Shown: in pieces, positions 8,272 to 17,413 of the stretch
How positions within the stretch are numbered: position 1 is the first letter of the stretch
How the letters are laid out: the number at the start of each line of letters is the position of its first letter
Assembly: GCF_018398935.1 (NCBI RefSeq)
Contig: NZ_CP074694.1
Span: 390,001-422,000 of the forward strand
Direction: 5' to 3'
Length of the DNA stretch: 32,000 nucleotides
Source of the DNA: Telmatocola sphagniphila
GTDB lineage: Bacteria > Planctomycetota > Planctomycetia > Gemmatales > Gemmataceae
Notes under the pieces: model-generated
Databases searched by the model: none
The model's input: the letters and a program-made list of their open reading frames with translations, nothing else
What the model was told of the DNA's origin: nothing
Translations under genes and position numbers: made by a program

Positions 8272-8329
8272 AGATTTCACCACCGAGTTCCCAATGAACA
8301 ATCCAATTCTTTAACTGGTGGTGAAATCT
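8272..8329. repeat. 13-bp perfect inverted repeat (hairpin with 32-nt loop), possible terminator or RNA element
   Basis: AGATTTCACCACC at 8272..8284 is the exact reverse complement of GGTGGTGAAATCT at 8317..8329. It lies about 60 nt downstream of the plus-strand gene ending at 8213. No U-tract follows on the plus strand. Confidence 0.5.
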
Positions 8330-8602
8330 CTTAAATTCTATCTTGCCGATGTTACGCCGTCGGTTGGGAAGCTTAGGCAAAATCTTGTCTGGTTTAGTGT
8401 CAAGAATTAATGACTCGATTAAAACTAACCTCGTTAATTCAGTACGTAAGTCTTGTAAAAATCTTGATCAATTTTTGACCGGTAGATGATTCCCTCTATT
8501 AGACCAATTAAACCCATAGGGATCGCTCAGTGAAACCATGGCAAGGAGCAGCCCCGGCTCACTCACCTGCCCCCTCTGATAGGAAAAACTTCGTTGTTTG
8601 CG

Positions 8603-10498
8603 CTACTTCGCCTTCGGCGTCCAGCCTGCGGGGATCTTCTCGCGTATGCTCTTCAACAACTTCATCTGATCGGGATCTTTGGGATCCTTGTTCGGATTAA
8701 AATCGTTAATTGATGCCGCCGCGCCTTCCTTTAAGACCTGCTTCAAGCGTTCCCAAGCCAAAAATCGCACGGCGGATTTGGAAGATTCCAGATCGGAGAG
8801 CCACTCCTGATACAGAACGGAATTCTCTTCATCCTCCTTCGCCGGGGCAATCGTCAAACGTAAGATTTGCTCGGCTTCGGTCGGCGAATATTTCTTCAAC
8901 TTGAAAATTACCGTTTGCATGAGAAGATCCAGATGCCGGGCGCTGCGATACAGCCAGACTTGTAAAGAGTATAAGGCAGCTAATCGAGAAGCTTCGCTTT
9001 CCTCCGTCGATTCGACGACCTCACTGATTTTGCTAATCGCCTTCTGTCCGATTTCGCCAATCTCACCGAACGAGGCCAGAATCAAATAGGCGATTGGCTT
9101 TAAATTCTCGTTCTTTTCCGCCTCACAACGGGCAATCACAACCTTTAATACTTCATCGCTTTTTTCGATAATATCGGCCCATTCTCTGATAGATCGCACG
9201 GCGTCCAGAACGAACTCATTCTTGGGATTCGACAGATTGGCATTCCACCAATAAGGCCAGGCGGGTAGGGGCTTCGGTCCGATCAAATTTCGCGTCTGAG
9301 GTTCCTGAAAAATCCCATTGCGACCATCCAGTGTGAACGATTTGTCGCTGCGTTTTAATAAGACAGAACCCGTGGTAAAGAAATTCACCAGAGGTTCGTT
9401 TTTCGCATCGAGTGGCTGGCCGAGTTTGGAGGCGATCAGGGGAGAAAAATAAGTCTCGACGACCACCTGGCTGGCAGCGTCTTTCAGAATTATCTCCCAT
9501 TCGGCATTTCTCATTTCGATTTTGATGCGGGCGGATCCCGAAGGTTTACCGTTATAAAAATGCAGTCGGCCGCGATCGAAAATCAAACTGGTATCGACTC
9601 CCACTTCCGGCACTTTGTGAATCCAGGAGGTTTCCAAAACCAGTGGAAGATTCTTCAATTGATCGGGCGACACAAATTCCCGGTCGAATTCGGGCAGATT
9701 GCTCAGAGCCGTGATAGCGACGCCGGTGTCGCATTGAATCTGGCAGCGAAAGCCGGGCAGTGCCAGTAATAATTGTCCGAACTCAACCCGGCCATTATTC
9801 GCAACGGGAGCCCAGGCGTAAGGCTCTCCGGGCCATTGAAGCAACGTACCTGGAAAAGCTTCGTCTTTTTTGATCAATCGGCCCACCGAGGGGGGAACCG
9901 CCTTGGCGATGGGGGCAGACTCGGTTTTATTGGCATTGGTCGAGGCGGCGGCTTTAGAAAATTCGGGAGCGATGGCCCCGGCATCTTTGGATACCGCGTT
10001 TGGATCCACCTTCGATTTGTCGTTCTTGGCTTTACCCGTGAATTGCCAAATCAAACCAAGTCCCAAAACCAGCGCGACCGCCGCGGCGATCCGAGGAGAC
10101 ATTTTCCTGGAAGGCGAATCGTTTTGCTTCGCGGGCTGTTTTCCCTTCCTGGTCGGTTCCGGATCGGCAATGGCCCAGGCCGGGTCAAAAGCGGAAACGG
10201 TAATGGCCGGTCCGGTATAGCCGAGTTGTATGCGATCTTTCAGCTTCAAGGTCATGGGTTGATTGGGCGGCAGCATTTTATCGTTGAGCAGTGTGCCGTT
10301 GCTGGAGGCCGCATCCATGATCGTCAGTTTGTTTTCCTGAAATTGAATGACAGCATGATTCCAGGAGACGCCTTTCCCCGCTTCTCCTTCGAACGCGACT
10401 GCGCTCTCCGGATCCCGTCCGATCGAAACGAGCGATTTCGAGGACTCGACCGAGCGGGTTTTTCCGCCGATGTCTTGAATGGACAGTCGAATTTTCAT
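8603..10498 (-). CDS. FHA domain - single TM - large extracytoplasmic domain protein
   Basis: Start chosen at the complement ATG at 10496..10498 (MKIRLSIQD), 2 nt after the upstream gene's stop. The N-terminal FHA domain reads SIGRDPESAVAF...VSWNHAVIQFQENKLTIMDAASSNGTLLNDK...DRIQLGYTGP. The TM is IAAAVALVLGLGLIWQF. About 470 aa of unassigned C-terminal region follow. Confidence 0.8.
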   Translation of the reverse strand: MKIRLSIQDIGGKTRSVESSKSLVSIGRDPESAVAFEGEAGKGVSWNHAVIQFQENKLTIMDAASSNGTLLNDKMLPPNQPMTLKLKDRIQLGYTGPAITVSAFDPAWAIADPEPTRKGKQPAKQNDSPSRKMSPRIAAAVALVLGLGLIWQFTGKAKNDKSKVDPNAVSKDAGAIAPEFSKAAASTNANKTESAPIAKAVPPSVGRLIKKDEAFPGTLLQWPGEPYAWAPVANNGRVEFGQLLLALPGFRCQIQCDTGVAITALSNLPEFDREFVSPDQLKNLPLVLETSWIHKVPEVGVDTSLIFDRGRLHFYNGKPSGSARIKIEMRNAEWEIILKDAASQVVVETYFSPLIASKLGQPLDAKNEPLVNFFTTGSVLLKRSDKSFTLDGRNGIFQEPQTRNLIGPKPLPAWPYWWNANLSNPKNEFVLDAVRSIREWADIIEKSDEVLKVVIARCEAEKNENLKPIAYLILASFGEIGEIGQKAISKISEVVESTEESEASRLAALYSLQVWLYRSARHLDLLMQTVIFKLKKYSPTEAEQILRLTIAPAKEDEENSVLYQEWLSDLESSKSAVRFLAWERLKQVLKEGAAASINDFNPNKDPKDPDQMKLLKSIREKIPAGWTPKAK

Positions 10499-10500
10499 CT

Positions 10501-11406
10501 TTAGCCCGCCTGCATTTTGAACCGCTGCTCGCCGAGCAGAAACTGGCAATTCCCCTCCAGGGGGATCTGCTCCACGCGGACCCAGACGCCGTTGAGAGAT
10601 TTATTGTTGACTATGAACCATCTTCCTTTGGCATCGCGATAAATGCGTGCGTGCTTGCCGTTCGCGAAAGGATCTTCCTTGGGAATGACCTGGCAATGCG
10701 GGTCGCGGCCGATCCATATTTCGGAGGTCGTGATCGGGATGCGCTGGCCTTCTCCCTGGGGGGTCAGTTCCACGATAGACGGTATCATCGCCAGAGCGCC
10801 CGTATCCTGCCAGGACACGGTCATGCCCGATTGGGATTTCTCCGCCGGTACGGTACTTTCCCCTTTGGCGCTGTCGAACCGGTAGTGCGTGCGACCGATT
10901 AGAAATTCTTGTCGGTTGTGGAGAATTCCGCTGCCGACGCGTACGAAGCTGCCATTGGTGCTGCCCAGATCGCTGAGGATCCATCGCCAATTCTCGCGGT
11001 TTTTTTGGCGTATCAATTCCGCGTGTTTCGTGGAAATCATCGCGTCATGAGGAATTTGAATGTCTCCCTCTGTTCGACCTATTACGATGCGATCTTTCAT
11101 GAGCCGGTGCCAGGTACCGTCTTCGCCCAAATCATCCAATACACAAAGCGAGGCCATCGGCGGCCGATTGGTCGGCTGGAAAAGTTGGGGCTCATACAAA
11201 GGAGCGGGTTTGGGAGAAACGTCGATCCAACCCGCCGTCGGGGCAGTTTCTGGTGTTGGGACGATGGCAGCGGGTTTAGGAATCGCAGGTTTTGGATCGG
11301 GAGCACTGGTAGGTTTAACACCCAATTTGCGAGCCGCTATCGCTGCTCGGATATCTTCGTCCGATTCGAGAAAGGTGGATTCTCTTTTGGGAATATTCGG
11401 GTTCAC
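10501..11406 (-). CDS. Cytoplasmic protein with Pro/Thr-rich N-terminus and two FHA domains
   Basis: The GTG start overlaps the upstream stop (GTGA). FHA-1 reads VIGRTEGDIQIPHDAMISTKHAELIRQ...LSDLGSTNGSFVRV. FHA-2 reads WIGRDPHCQVIPKEDPFANGKHARIYRDAKGRWFIVNNKSLNGVWVRV. Confidence 0.85.
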   Translation of the reverse strand: MNPNIPKRESTFLESDEDIRAAIAARKLGVKPTSAPDPKPAIPKPAAIVPTPETAPTAGWIDVSPKPAPLYEPQLFQPTNRPPMASLCVLDDLGEDGTWHRLMKDRIVIGRTEGDIQIPHDAMISTKHAELIRQKNRENWRWILSDLGSTNGSFVRVGSGILHNRQEFLIGRTHYRFDSAKGESTVPAEKSQSGMTVSWQDTGALAMIPSIVELTPQGEGQRIPITTSEIWIGRDPHCQVIPKEDPFANGKHARIYRDAKGRWFIVNNKSLNGVWVRVEQIPLEGNCQFLLGEQRFKMQAG

Positions 11407-12401
11407 TGGAATTTTCCTTCCGAGATGGCTTTTTTCATCGCGTTGTAGAGGGTGGTGTAAGCTTGCTCGTTTCCGACTAAGGCTTTGTCGAACTTCCAGC
11501 CGCGATCTCGCATCAGAATGATCAATTCCCCGACGGTGCGGGCATCAATACTTTTCTTCATAAAGATCGTTTCCGTGGGATTGGGACGGCTGAGGAAATT
11601 GATGCTTTCCTGAATTTGTCTCAGTTGACCTTTAGCGGCAGTGAACAAATAGGGGTCGAAGGCGCCTTTTTCTTTGAGGACTTGAACATTATCGAAGATG
11701 CGGGAATCAAGGCTGAAAAGTAAACCTTTCAGTTCGGTTTGTATGGGAAGTGTCATTTCGCCTCGCTCCGCCAGCGAAAGCCCTTTCTTCAGAAGTTCTT
11801 CGACTTTTTCGCGATCCTTTTTGTAGATGTCATCCTGCAGCAACCCCTGCCAGCGGACCTTCTCCATGAGAAGCAGACCCGTGGAAGCGTTGTACGTTCC
11901 ATCAGTGAAATTAATTCGCTTGGAAAGCCCTCCGTTCAACAGCTGTTCGGGGAGGGGAGTGATGTCGGAAGTGAGCAGACTCGACTGAGGCTCCATTCTC
12001 TTGCGGAGTACTTCGAGAGCGTATCCGGAAAAAATATCTCCCTTGGATGCGGCGATCATCTGCATCCGGTAGGATTCCTCCTGTACTCGCTTTTCAAAAT
12101 CGGCTCGATAGGGTTTGTTTTCAAGTTCCCATTTTATGTGTTCTATCTCTTTTTTCTTTGCCTCGAGCTTCTGGATTTGCGTCTTCACCGCTTCCTGCTT
12201 GGCTTTCTCTTTCTGCGTAGCGGCCAGCGCGTAATTATGGGCCGCGAGCGACTGCACGTACATGACCTGGGTGGCTCCCCAAACGCTACCGGAGGAACCT
12301 GGTTGCATCACGACCGAGGCGTAGGGGTTGTAGGGTTCGTCCGCTTTCAACGCGGAGCTCAACAGTATCAGGCTGAGAGAAAGCAATGTTCGTTGGAGCA
12401 T
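11403..12401 (-). CDS. Secreted hypothetical protein with coiled-coil segment; first gene of the FHA operon
   Basis: There is a signal peptide (MLQRTLLSLSLILLSSALKADE) and a Lys/Glu-rich helical stretch (QKEKAKQEAVKTQIQKLEAKKKEIEHIKWELE). A 4-nt overlap couples it to the next gene. No known domain was recognised. Confidence 0.65.
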   Translation of the reverse strand: MLQRTLLSLSLILLSSALKADEPYNPYASVVMQPGSSGSVWGATQVMYVQSLAAHNYALAATQKEKAKQEAVKTQIQKLEAKKKEIEHIKWELENKPYRADFEKRVQEESYRMQMIAASKGDIFSGYALEVLRKRMEPQSSLLTSDITPLPEQLLNGGLSKRINFTDGTYNASTGLLLMEKVRWQGLLQDDIYKKDREKVEELLKKGLSLAERGEMTLPIQTELKGLLFSLDSRIFDNVQVLKEKGAFDPYLFTAAKGQLRQIQESINFLSRPNPTETIFMKKSIDARTVGELIILMRDRGWKFDKALVGNEQAYTTLYNAMKKAISEGKFQ

Positions 12402-12723
12402 GAGCGTTTATCCTTCCGCGGTGAGCATTTCGATTCACAGGATCTCGGTTATACGCAACTTTCAATCGAGGCCGATCCGGCGACTTTTGCGAGTTCGTTT
12501 CTCGTTCTCCAGATGATAATGCGCAAGCAGTCTGGTTCTTTCGTCAGAAAATCGGGTCGAGCAATTTTAGCTGCTGCCGATCTAAATTTATCGGATATGA
12601 ATTTGCTGAGGAAGGAAATTTCGTCTCGAATTGCGGTGAAAAGCAATTCTCTAGGTTTTTATGAGGCTTAACTGCCTTGTTGGTTTCGAGAAATCCGCTG
12701 CTTGAGATCCGACTGTTTCAGAG

Positions 12724-12732
12724 ACTTAACCC
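12724..12732. repeat. Target-site duplication (left) of IS copy 1: ACTTAACCC
   Basis: The identical 9-mer directly flanks the other IS end at 14198..14206. Confidence 0.85.
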
Positions 12733-14197
12733 GTAACCGCTCACACCTCGTCCTGAGATTATCGGGAATTGCTCTTGCGCTGGGGAATTAATTATCTCAT
12801 ACTCGGGGCATGGAGTCTGTCAGCGAAGAATGGCTTGTTCGCCAAACGCCGGAAGTTCAGGCTGTGCTGCGGATTCTTTTGAACCGCATCGCCGAACTGG
12901 AAGCGAAGCTCGGCAAGGATTCCAGCAACTCTTCGAAGCCGCCTTCAACGCAACATCCCCACGCCAAGCTTTCGAAGCAAGCCCAAAAGAAGGCCAAACG
13001 GAAGTCGGGCGGCCAACCGGGGCATCCCAAACACGAACGCTCTTTGGTTTCCGCACACGAGTGCGACGGCGTCATTGTTTGTTTACCGGCCGAATGCCGC
13101 CGTTGTGGCGAACCTTTGAACGGAACAGATCCCCAGCCTTTGCGTCATCAGGTCTGGGAGATTCCCGAAATCAAGCCTTCGATTACGGAATATCAACTCC
13201 ATCGTCTGCGCTGTTCGTGCGGCAAGACCACCTGCGGAGAATTACCCCCAGGCGTGCCTGTCGGAATGGCCGGGCCTCGATTGGTTGCTTTGTCCGCTTT
13301 GTTGATGGTCTGCTTCCGGCTCTCCAAACGACGCTGCGCCCTGTTTCTGGAACAAATCCTGGGTCAGGAGGCTTCGGCTTCCTGGATGATCAAACTGCAG
13401 AACCGAGCCGCCGAAGCCTTGCAAGCCCCCTACCAGGAGTTGGCCTTAGCCTTGCCTGGGGAAGCGGTCCTCAACGGCGACGAATCGCCCACCAAAGAAG
13501 GGCTCGCCAAAGCCTGGACCTGGACTTTTGTAGCCGCGACTTTCAGCGTCTTCGCTCTCCGCACCAGCCGCAAAGCCCAGGTGGTCCTCGAATTCCTGGG
13601 CGATTCATTTACCGGCGTTCTAGGCTGCGACCGGGCCAAGATGTATTGGGCTTTCGGACGCTTGCAGTGGTGCTGGGCTCATTTGCTCCGCGACTTCCAA
13701 AGCCTCATCGATCGCCCCTGTCCGGTCGCTCGACGCTTAGGACACGACTTGCAACGACAGACTCGGGCGATGTTCGAACTCTGGAATCGCGTTCGGGACG
13801 GAACCCTCAGCCATAAAGCGTTCGGCGAACAAATGATCCCCATACGAAGCGAAGTCGAAGCCTTGCTCTTGCGAGGAAAATTCGATCCGAAGCTGCGTGG
13901 CTTTTGCTCCGAACTCTGGAAATACCGGGCTCGGCTTTGGACGTTCGTCGATGTCGAAGGAGTAGAGCCCACCAATAATGCCGCCGAGCGGGCTTTGCGG
14001 CCCGCGGTCATTTGGCGGAAGTTATGCTTTGGAACCCAATCGGCCCAGGGGAGTCGGTTCGTTGAACGAATGCTGACCGCGATCGAAACTTGTCGTCAGC
14101 AGAAACGGAACTCATTCGCCTGGATGACTCAAGCGGTACAGGCTCACTTTGCCCAAGAGAAAGCCCCTTCTCTCTTGGCCAGGGCGTGAGTTATTAC
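12733..14197 (+). mobile_element. IS66-family insertion sequence, single-ORF (ISBst12-like) type, copy 1, 1,465 bp
   Basis: Ends were defined by where the two copies in this window stop matching. The termini are GTAACCGCTCAC... and ...GAGTTATTAC, giving GTAA/TTAC tips and imperfect IRs (GTAAnnnCTCACnCC shared). It is flanked by a 9-bp direct repeat. Confidence 0.93.
12810..14189 (+). CDS. IS66-family transposase
   Basis: 459 aa. It has an N-terminal leucine-zipper-like helix (LRILLNRIAELEAKL), a Cys-rich zinc-finger region (CRRCGEPL...CSCGKTTCG), DESP, CWAHLLRDF and TNNAAERALRPAVIWRKLCFG motifs characteristic of IS66 TnpC. The protein is identical to the second copy. Confidence 0.93.
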   Translation: MESVSEEWLVRQTPEVQAVLRILLNRIAELEAKLGKDSSNSSKPPSTQHPHAKLSKQAQKKAKRKSGGQPGHPKHERSLVSAHECDGVIVCLPAECRRCGEPLNGTDPQPLRHQVWEIPEIKPSITEYQLHRLRCSCGKTTCGELPPGVPVGMAGPRLVALSALLMVCFRLSKRRCALFLEQILGQEASASWMIKLQNRAAEALQAPYQELALALPGEAVLNGDESPTKEGLAKAWTWTFVAATFSVFALRTSRKAQVVLEFLGDSFTGVLGCDRAKMYWAFGRLQWCWAHLLRDFQSLIDRPCPVARRLGHDLQRQTRAMFELWNRVRDGTLSHKAFGEQMIPIRSEVEALLLRGKFDPKLRGFCSELWKYRARLWTFVDVEGVEPTNNAAERALRPAVIWRKLCFGTQSAQGSRFVERMLTAIETCRQQKRNSFAWMTQAVQAHFAQEKAPSLLARA

Positions 14198-14206
14198 ACT
14201 TAACCC
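14198..14206. repeat. Target-site duplication (right) of IS copy 1: ACTTAACCC
   Basis: Matches 12724..12732 exactly. Confidence 0.85.
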
Positions 14207-14440
14207 TCATAACTTTTATGTCTAAATAATAATTTAACTAAATCGGCAAGGTAGATCCTATACGTCCGTCGTCCTCATCAGAATTCCCTGCATTCAGACA
14301 GGTCGCTAGCAGACGGCGGCATTAAAAAAGCTCTCACATCTCTGGCTTTAGACTTCGATTCCCTTCAGTAAATCCATCTGCAAAATTCCCAGATCAAAAA
14401 CCTAACCGGGAAGTTTTGGGTTGAGGTCAGCCGGCCTGTG

Positions 14441-17302
14441 CTAATTACGGATCCACTTGACTTCTTTGTCGTATGTGGACACACCAAGAAGTTGATTGGG
14501 ATTATCGGGGTCAATAACCATCGATTCGTGGCCGTTGGCCATGATAACCCGAATCAACCCTCCCTCGCGGACCCACTTGCAATAAGTTCCGTTCCAGTCC
14601 CGAACGGTGCCATTCTCCAGTACCGTGCGAACGTTCTGAAAATTCCTAGGCGAAGTGATAAACTTCCATTTCCCGAGAAAGTTGAAATCTTTCAAATCAT
14701 TCCGCATCCGTTTGAGTACAACTCGGGATGTGCTTTCATTCACTTTGTCCTCAACAACGAGATCGATTCGAGTAGCTGTCACATAACCAGAGCCCTCAAT
14801 AGCTTGGCGTTCAGCCATCTTGGGGGCACTGACAGTTCTAGCCTCAAGCGAGATTTTTCCCGAAGCATCGATCTTACCCTCGAACGTGGCTTGAAATCCG
14901 GAGTCCGTGCGCCACAGGGCTTTAAATTGTTCGCCCTCCCGATTGAGAATCGACCAACTGCCGCAGATCGTGGAAGTGCCTATTTGGCCGCGCCTTCTTT
15001 GAATGGTTCCCAAGCCTGCCCATTCGGATTTTAAAGGAGCTAAGATATCAGTCGCGGTCGAAGGGGAATTCAATTCCTTGATCTCGATGTTGCGAAACCG
15101 CGCCTCCTTATACGTTTTCAAAAGCCCGATGCGGCCATCTTTTCGATTCAGAGCCGGAACCGTGTTATCCTTGAAAACAACTCCCTCGGTGATACTGGTA
15201 TCTGTGACTAACTTGTCGTTAATCGTGGCTCGCAAAGTCCGTCCGTTGACTTCGATCTCTAACTTGTTCCAGTTGCCCGGTGAAGTCAACTGTGCACTGT
15301 TCTTAGGTCTGACGTGGGTGCTCGCGAGCACCCAATGCAATGTCCCGGTGATCTCACTTCCACCCGGCTGATCTTCCAGCATGAACACAGGGTGCTCGCG
15401 AATGCTAACCCCTTGAGGATGCGGCAGCAATTCCCCCGGGACGGCGCGCAAAACCACTCCACTGGCGGCATGATCGTTCAAATTGAACTCAAGTCTCAAG
15501 ATGAAGTTGTCATAAGATTTGTTTGTAAGCAAATAGCCAAGTCGCTGCGAATTCGTGCCACGAGCCAGAAGAACCCCATTCTCGATCGACCAGTCTTTGG
15601 AATCCGAGTATTCCATGCTCCATCCCGAAAGATCTTTACCATTGAACAAAGGCACAAACCCGTCGCCAGAGCTCTTGGAAGCCCAATCCGCATCGTTACC
15701 AACTTTTGGACTCTCTTTCTTATCGTTTGCCTCTTCTCTCGCTTGCATTGCTTCCAATCGAACTGAGATCGTTTTGCTTCGGCCAACCTCCACTTCCAAT
15801 TCTTTGCCGAAAACTTTGAAGCCCTCCTTTTTCACTTCGAGATTATGTTTCTTCTCTCCGGAAATAGTGATCTCGATGGGTTTACCTTCCCTGGGGGAGA
15901 TCGTCAGTTTATTTCCATCCACCGTGACTTCGGCATCTTCCGGCACATTTTCGAGAACAATGATACCGTCCTTGGTTTTGACGCGCAACACCCCCGAAGC
16001 GGCCAGAATACCAAAACCGACTAAGAGCAAGGCCAACACGCCAATGAGTACAGGCCATTTTCTTCTCGGCTGGGTTACCTGGATTAGGGACCTGCTGGAG
16101 CGGGATTTGGATTCCTCCTGGATGTCCTGAAATGGTAAGACTTCCCGCTCGATTTTTGAATTTTCGGTAACTTCCTTTTGAACAGTCTCCCCCTTGGAGA
16201 GCTTCACCAGTCCCTCGATGACTTCTTTGGGTGTTTGCGGTCGATCGGCGGACTTCGAGGCCATCATTTTCTGGATGAACTGCGACAATTCTGGCGAGAC
16301 ATCGTTACGAAGCAAGCAGACGTCGGGCCGGGGATCTTCCCAATGCTTGAAAATCAGATCGGCTAGTGAGATGCCATCGAACGGCGGCCTGCCTGTCAGC
16401 AGGAAGTAGAAGGTGCAGCCGAGGGAATAGATGTCCGCCCGGATGTCGGCGGTTTTCGCATCGCGAGCCTGCTCCGGAGCCATGTAATCCGGCGTTCCCA
16501 TAATCGCATTGGTACCCGTCAGACTGCGGCCTCTTCCCTTTTCCGATTCCCGATTGAACTTGGCCAGCCCGAAGTCTGCCACTTTGATCGTACCGGCGCG
16601 AGTCAGCATCAGATTGCCTGGCTTGATGTCCCGATGCACTAGCGATTTGAGCATGCCGTGCTGCAGTCCCTGAGCGGCCTGACGAATGAAATTGATCGCG
16701 TGAGCCACCGGCAGTGGTCCTTTGGTTTTCACCACTTCGCTCAGATCTTTGCCGTCAACATACTCCATCTCGAAGAGCATGTAGGGACCGAATTCTTCGG
16801 CCGAGTAGGCCCGTACCACGTTCGCGTGTTCCAGCGCGGCCGCCGAGACGACTTCCTGAAGAAATCGTTCTCGAATCGAGGCATTTCCTATCATTTCCGG
16901 CGGAATCAGTTTGACGGCGACCTTCCGCTTCATCAAGTTGTGCATGGCCAGCCAGACGATCCCCATGCCGCCGCCGCCGAGCTTTTTCAGGAAGGTGTAT
17001 CTCGTCTGCTGTCGTAACTCGAGGGGTAATTCCTCGGTGTTGAGAGGATTGGAATCGGCTTTTGGGGCACCGGTCAGACTCGAACCGGCTTTGGCTTTCT
17101 TCAGAATGCCCAGGAAGGTGTCGCGCGGCGTCTTGGCCAGCAGAGTTTCGCACCGAACGCAGTTGGCGACATGCTCGGCGATTGTTTCCGCGTTTGAAAC
17201 TTCCTTCCCCAATGCGAAAGCTGCCAATTCTTCGTTGGCGGGATGATCCGAGGCGCTCTTGAAAGGGCTCATGTGCGAGTTCTCTAATTCGCAAAATAGC
17301 AT
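14441..17302 (-). CDS. Receptor Ser/Thr protein kinase K1: HX3CX2C N-terminal motif - kinase - TM - PEGA-like - DUF1080 - unassigned 209-aa C-terminal domain
   Basis: - Kinase motifs are intact: LGGGGMGIVW, VAVKLI, HRDIKPGNLML, VADFGLAK, GTPDYMAPE.
- The N-terminal motif is HVANCVRC.
- The TM is WPVLIGVLALLLVGFGILAASGVL.
- The PEGA-like segment is VLENVPEDAEVTVDGNKL.
- The DUF1080 (PF06439) signature is GFVPLFNGKDLSGW...FRNIEIKEL. Confidence 0.92.
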   Translation of the reverse strand: MLFCELENSHMSPFKSASDHPANEELAAFALGKEVSNAETIAEHVANCVRCETLLAKTPRDTFLGILKKAKAGSSLTGAPKADSNPLNTEELPLELRQQTRYTFLKKLGGGGMGIVWLAMHNLMKRKVAVKLIPPEMIGNASIRERFLQEVVSAAALEHANVVRAYSAEEFGPYMLFEMEYVDGKDLSEVVKTKGPLPVAHAINFIRQAAQGLQHGMLKSLVHRDIKPGNLMLTRAGTIKVADFGLAKFNRESEKGRGRSLTGTNAIMGTPDYMAPEQARDAKTADIRADIYSLGCTFYFLLTGRPPFDGISLADLIFKHWEDPRPDVCLLRNDVSPELSQFIQKMMASKSADRPQTPKEVIEGLVKLSKGETVQKEVTENSKIEREVLPFQDIQEESKSRSSRSLIQVTQPRRKWPVLIGVLALLLVGFGILAASGVLRVKTKDGIIVLENVPEDAEVTVDGNKLTISPREGKPIEITISGEKKHNLEVKKEGFKVFGKELEVEVGRSKTISVRLEAMQAREEANDKKESPKVGNDADWASKSSGDGFVPLFNGKDLSGWSMEYSDSKDWSIENGVLLARGTNSQRLGYLLTNKSYDNFILRLEFNLNDHAASGVVLRAVPGELLPHPQGVSIREHPVFMLEDQPGGSEITGTLHWVLASTHVRPKNSAQLTSPGNWNKLEIEVNGRTLRATINDKLVTDTSITEGVVFKDNTVPALNRKDGRIGLLKTYKEARFRNIEIKELNSPSTATDILAPLKSEWAGLGTIQRRRGQIGTSTICGSWSILNREGEQFKALWRTDSGFQATFEGKIDASGKISLEARTVSAPKMAERQAIEGSGYVTATRIDLVVEDKVNESTSRVVLKRMRNDLKDFNFLGKWKFITSPRNFQNVRTVLENGTVRDWNGTYCKWVREGGLIRVIMANGHESMVIDPDNPNQLLGVSTYDKEVKWIRN

Positions 17303-17413
17303 TTCCGAAATCAGGAGACGCCGTTAAGCTCCGGGTACTTAAGGTCCATGATTTCTGGCTACCATAGGATACTGCCGGGTGCTGAAAAGTTAATGCAAAG
17401 ATGGTTCGGAATT

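Noticed and set aside
8545-8553. GGAGCAGCC resembling the SRP (4.5S) RNA helix-8 AGCAGCC motif in the ORF-free spacer
   Set aside because: The flanking sequence (ACCATGGCAAGGAGCAGCC) cannot form the GNRA-tetraloop helix with closing C-G pairs that precedes this motif in SRP RNA. The short match is best explained by chance.
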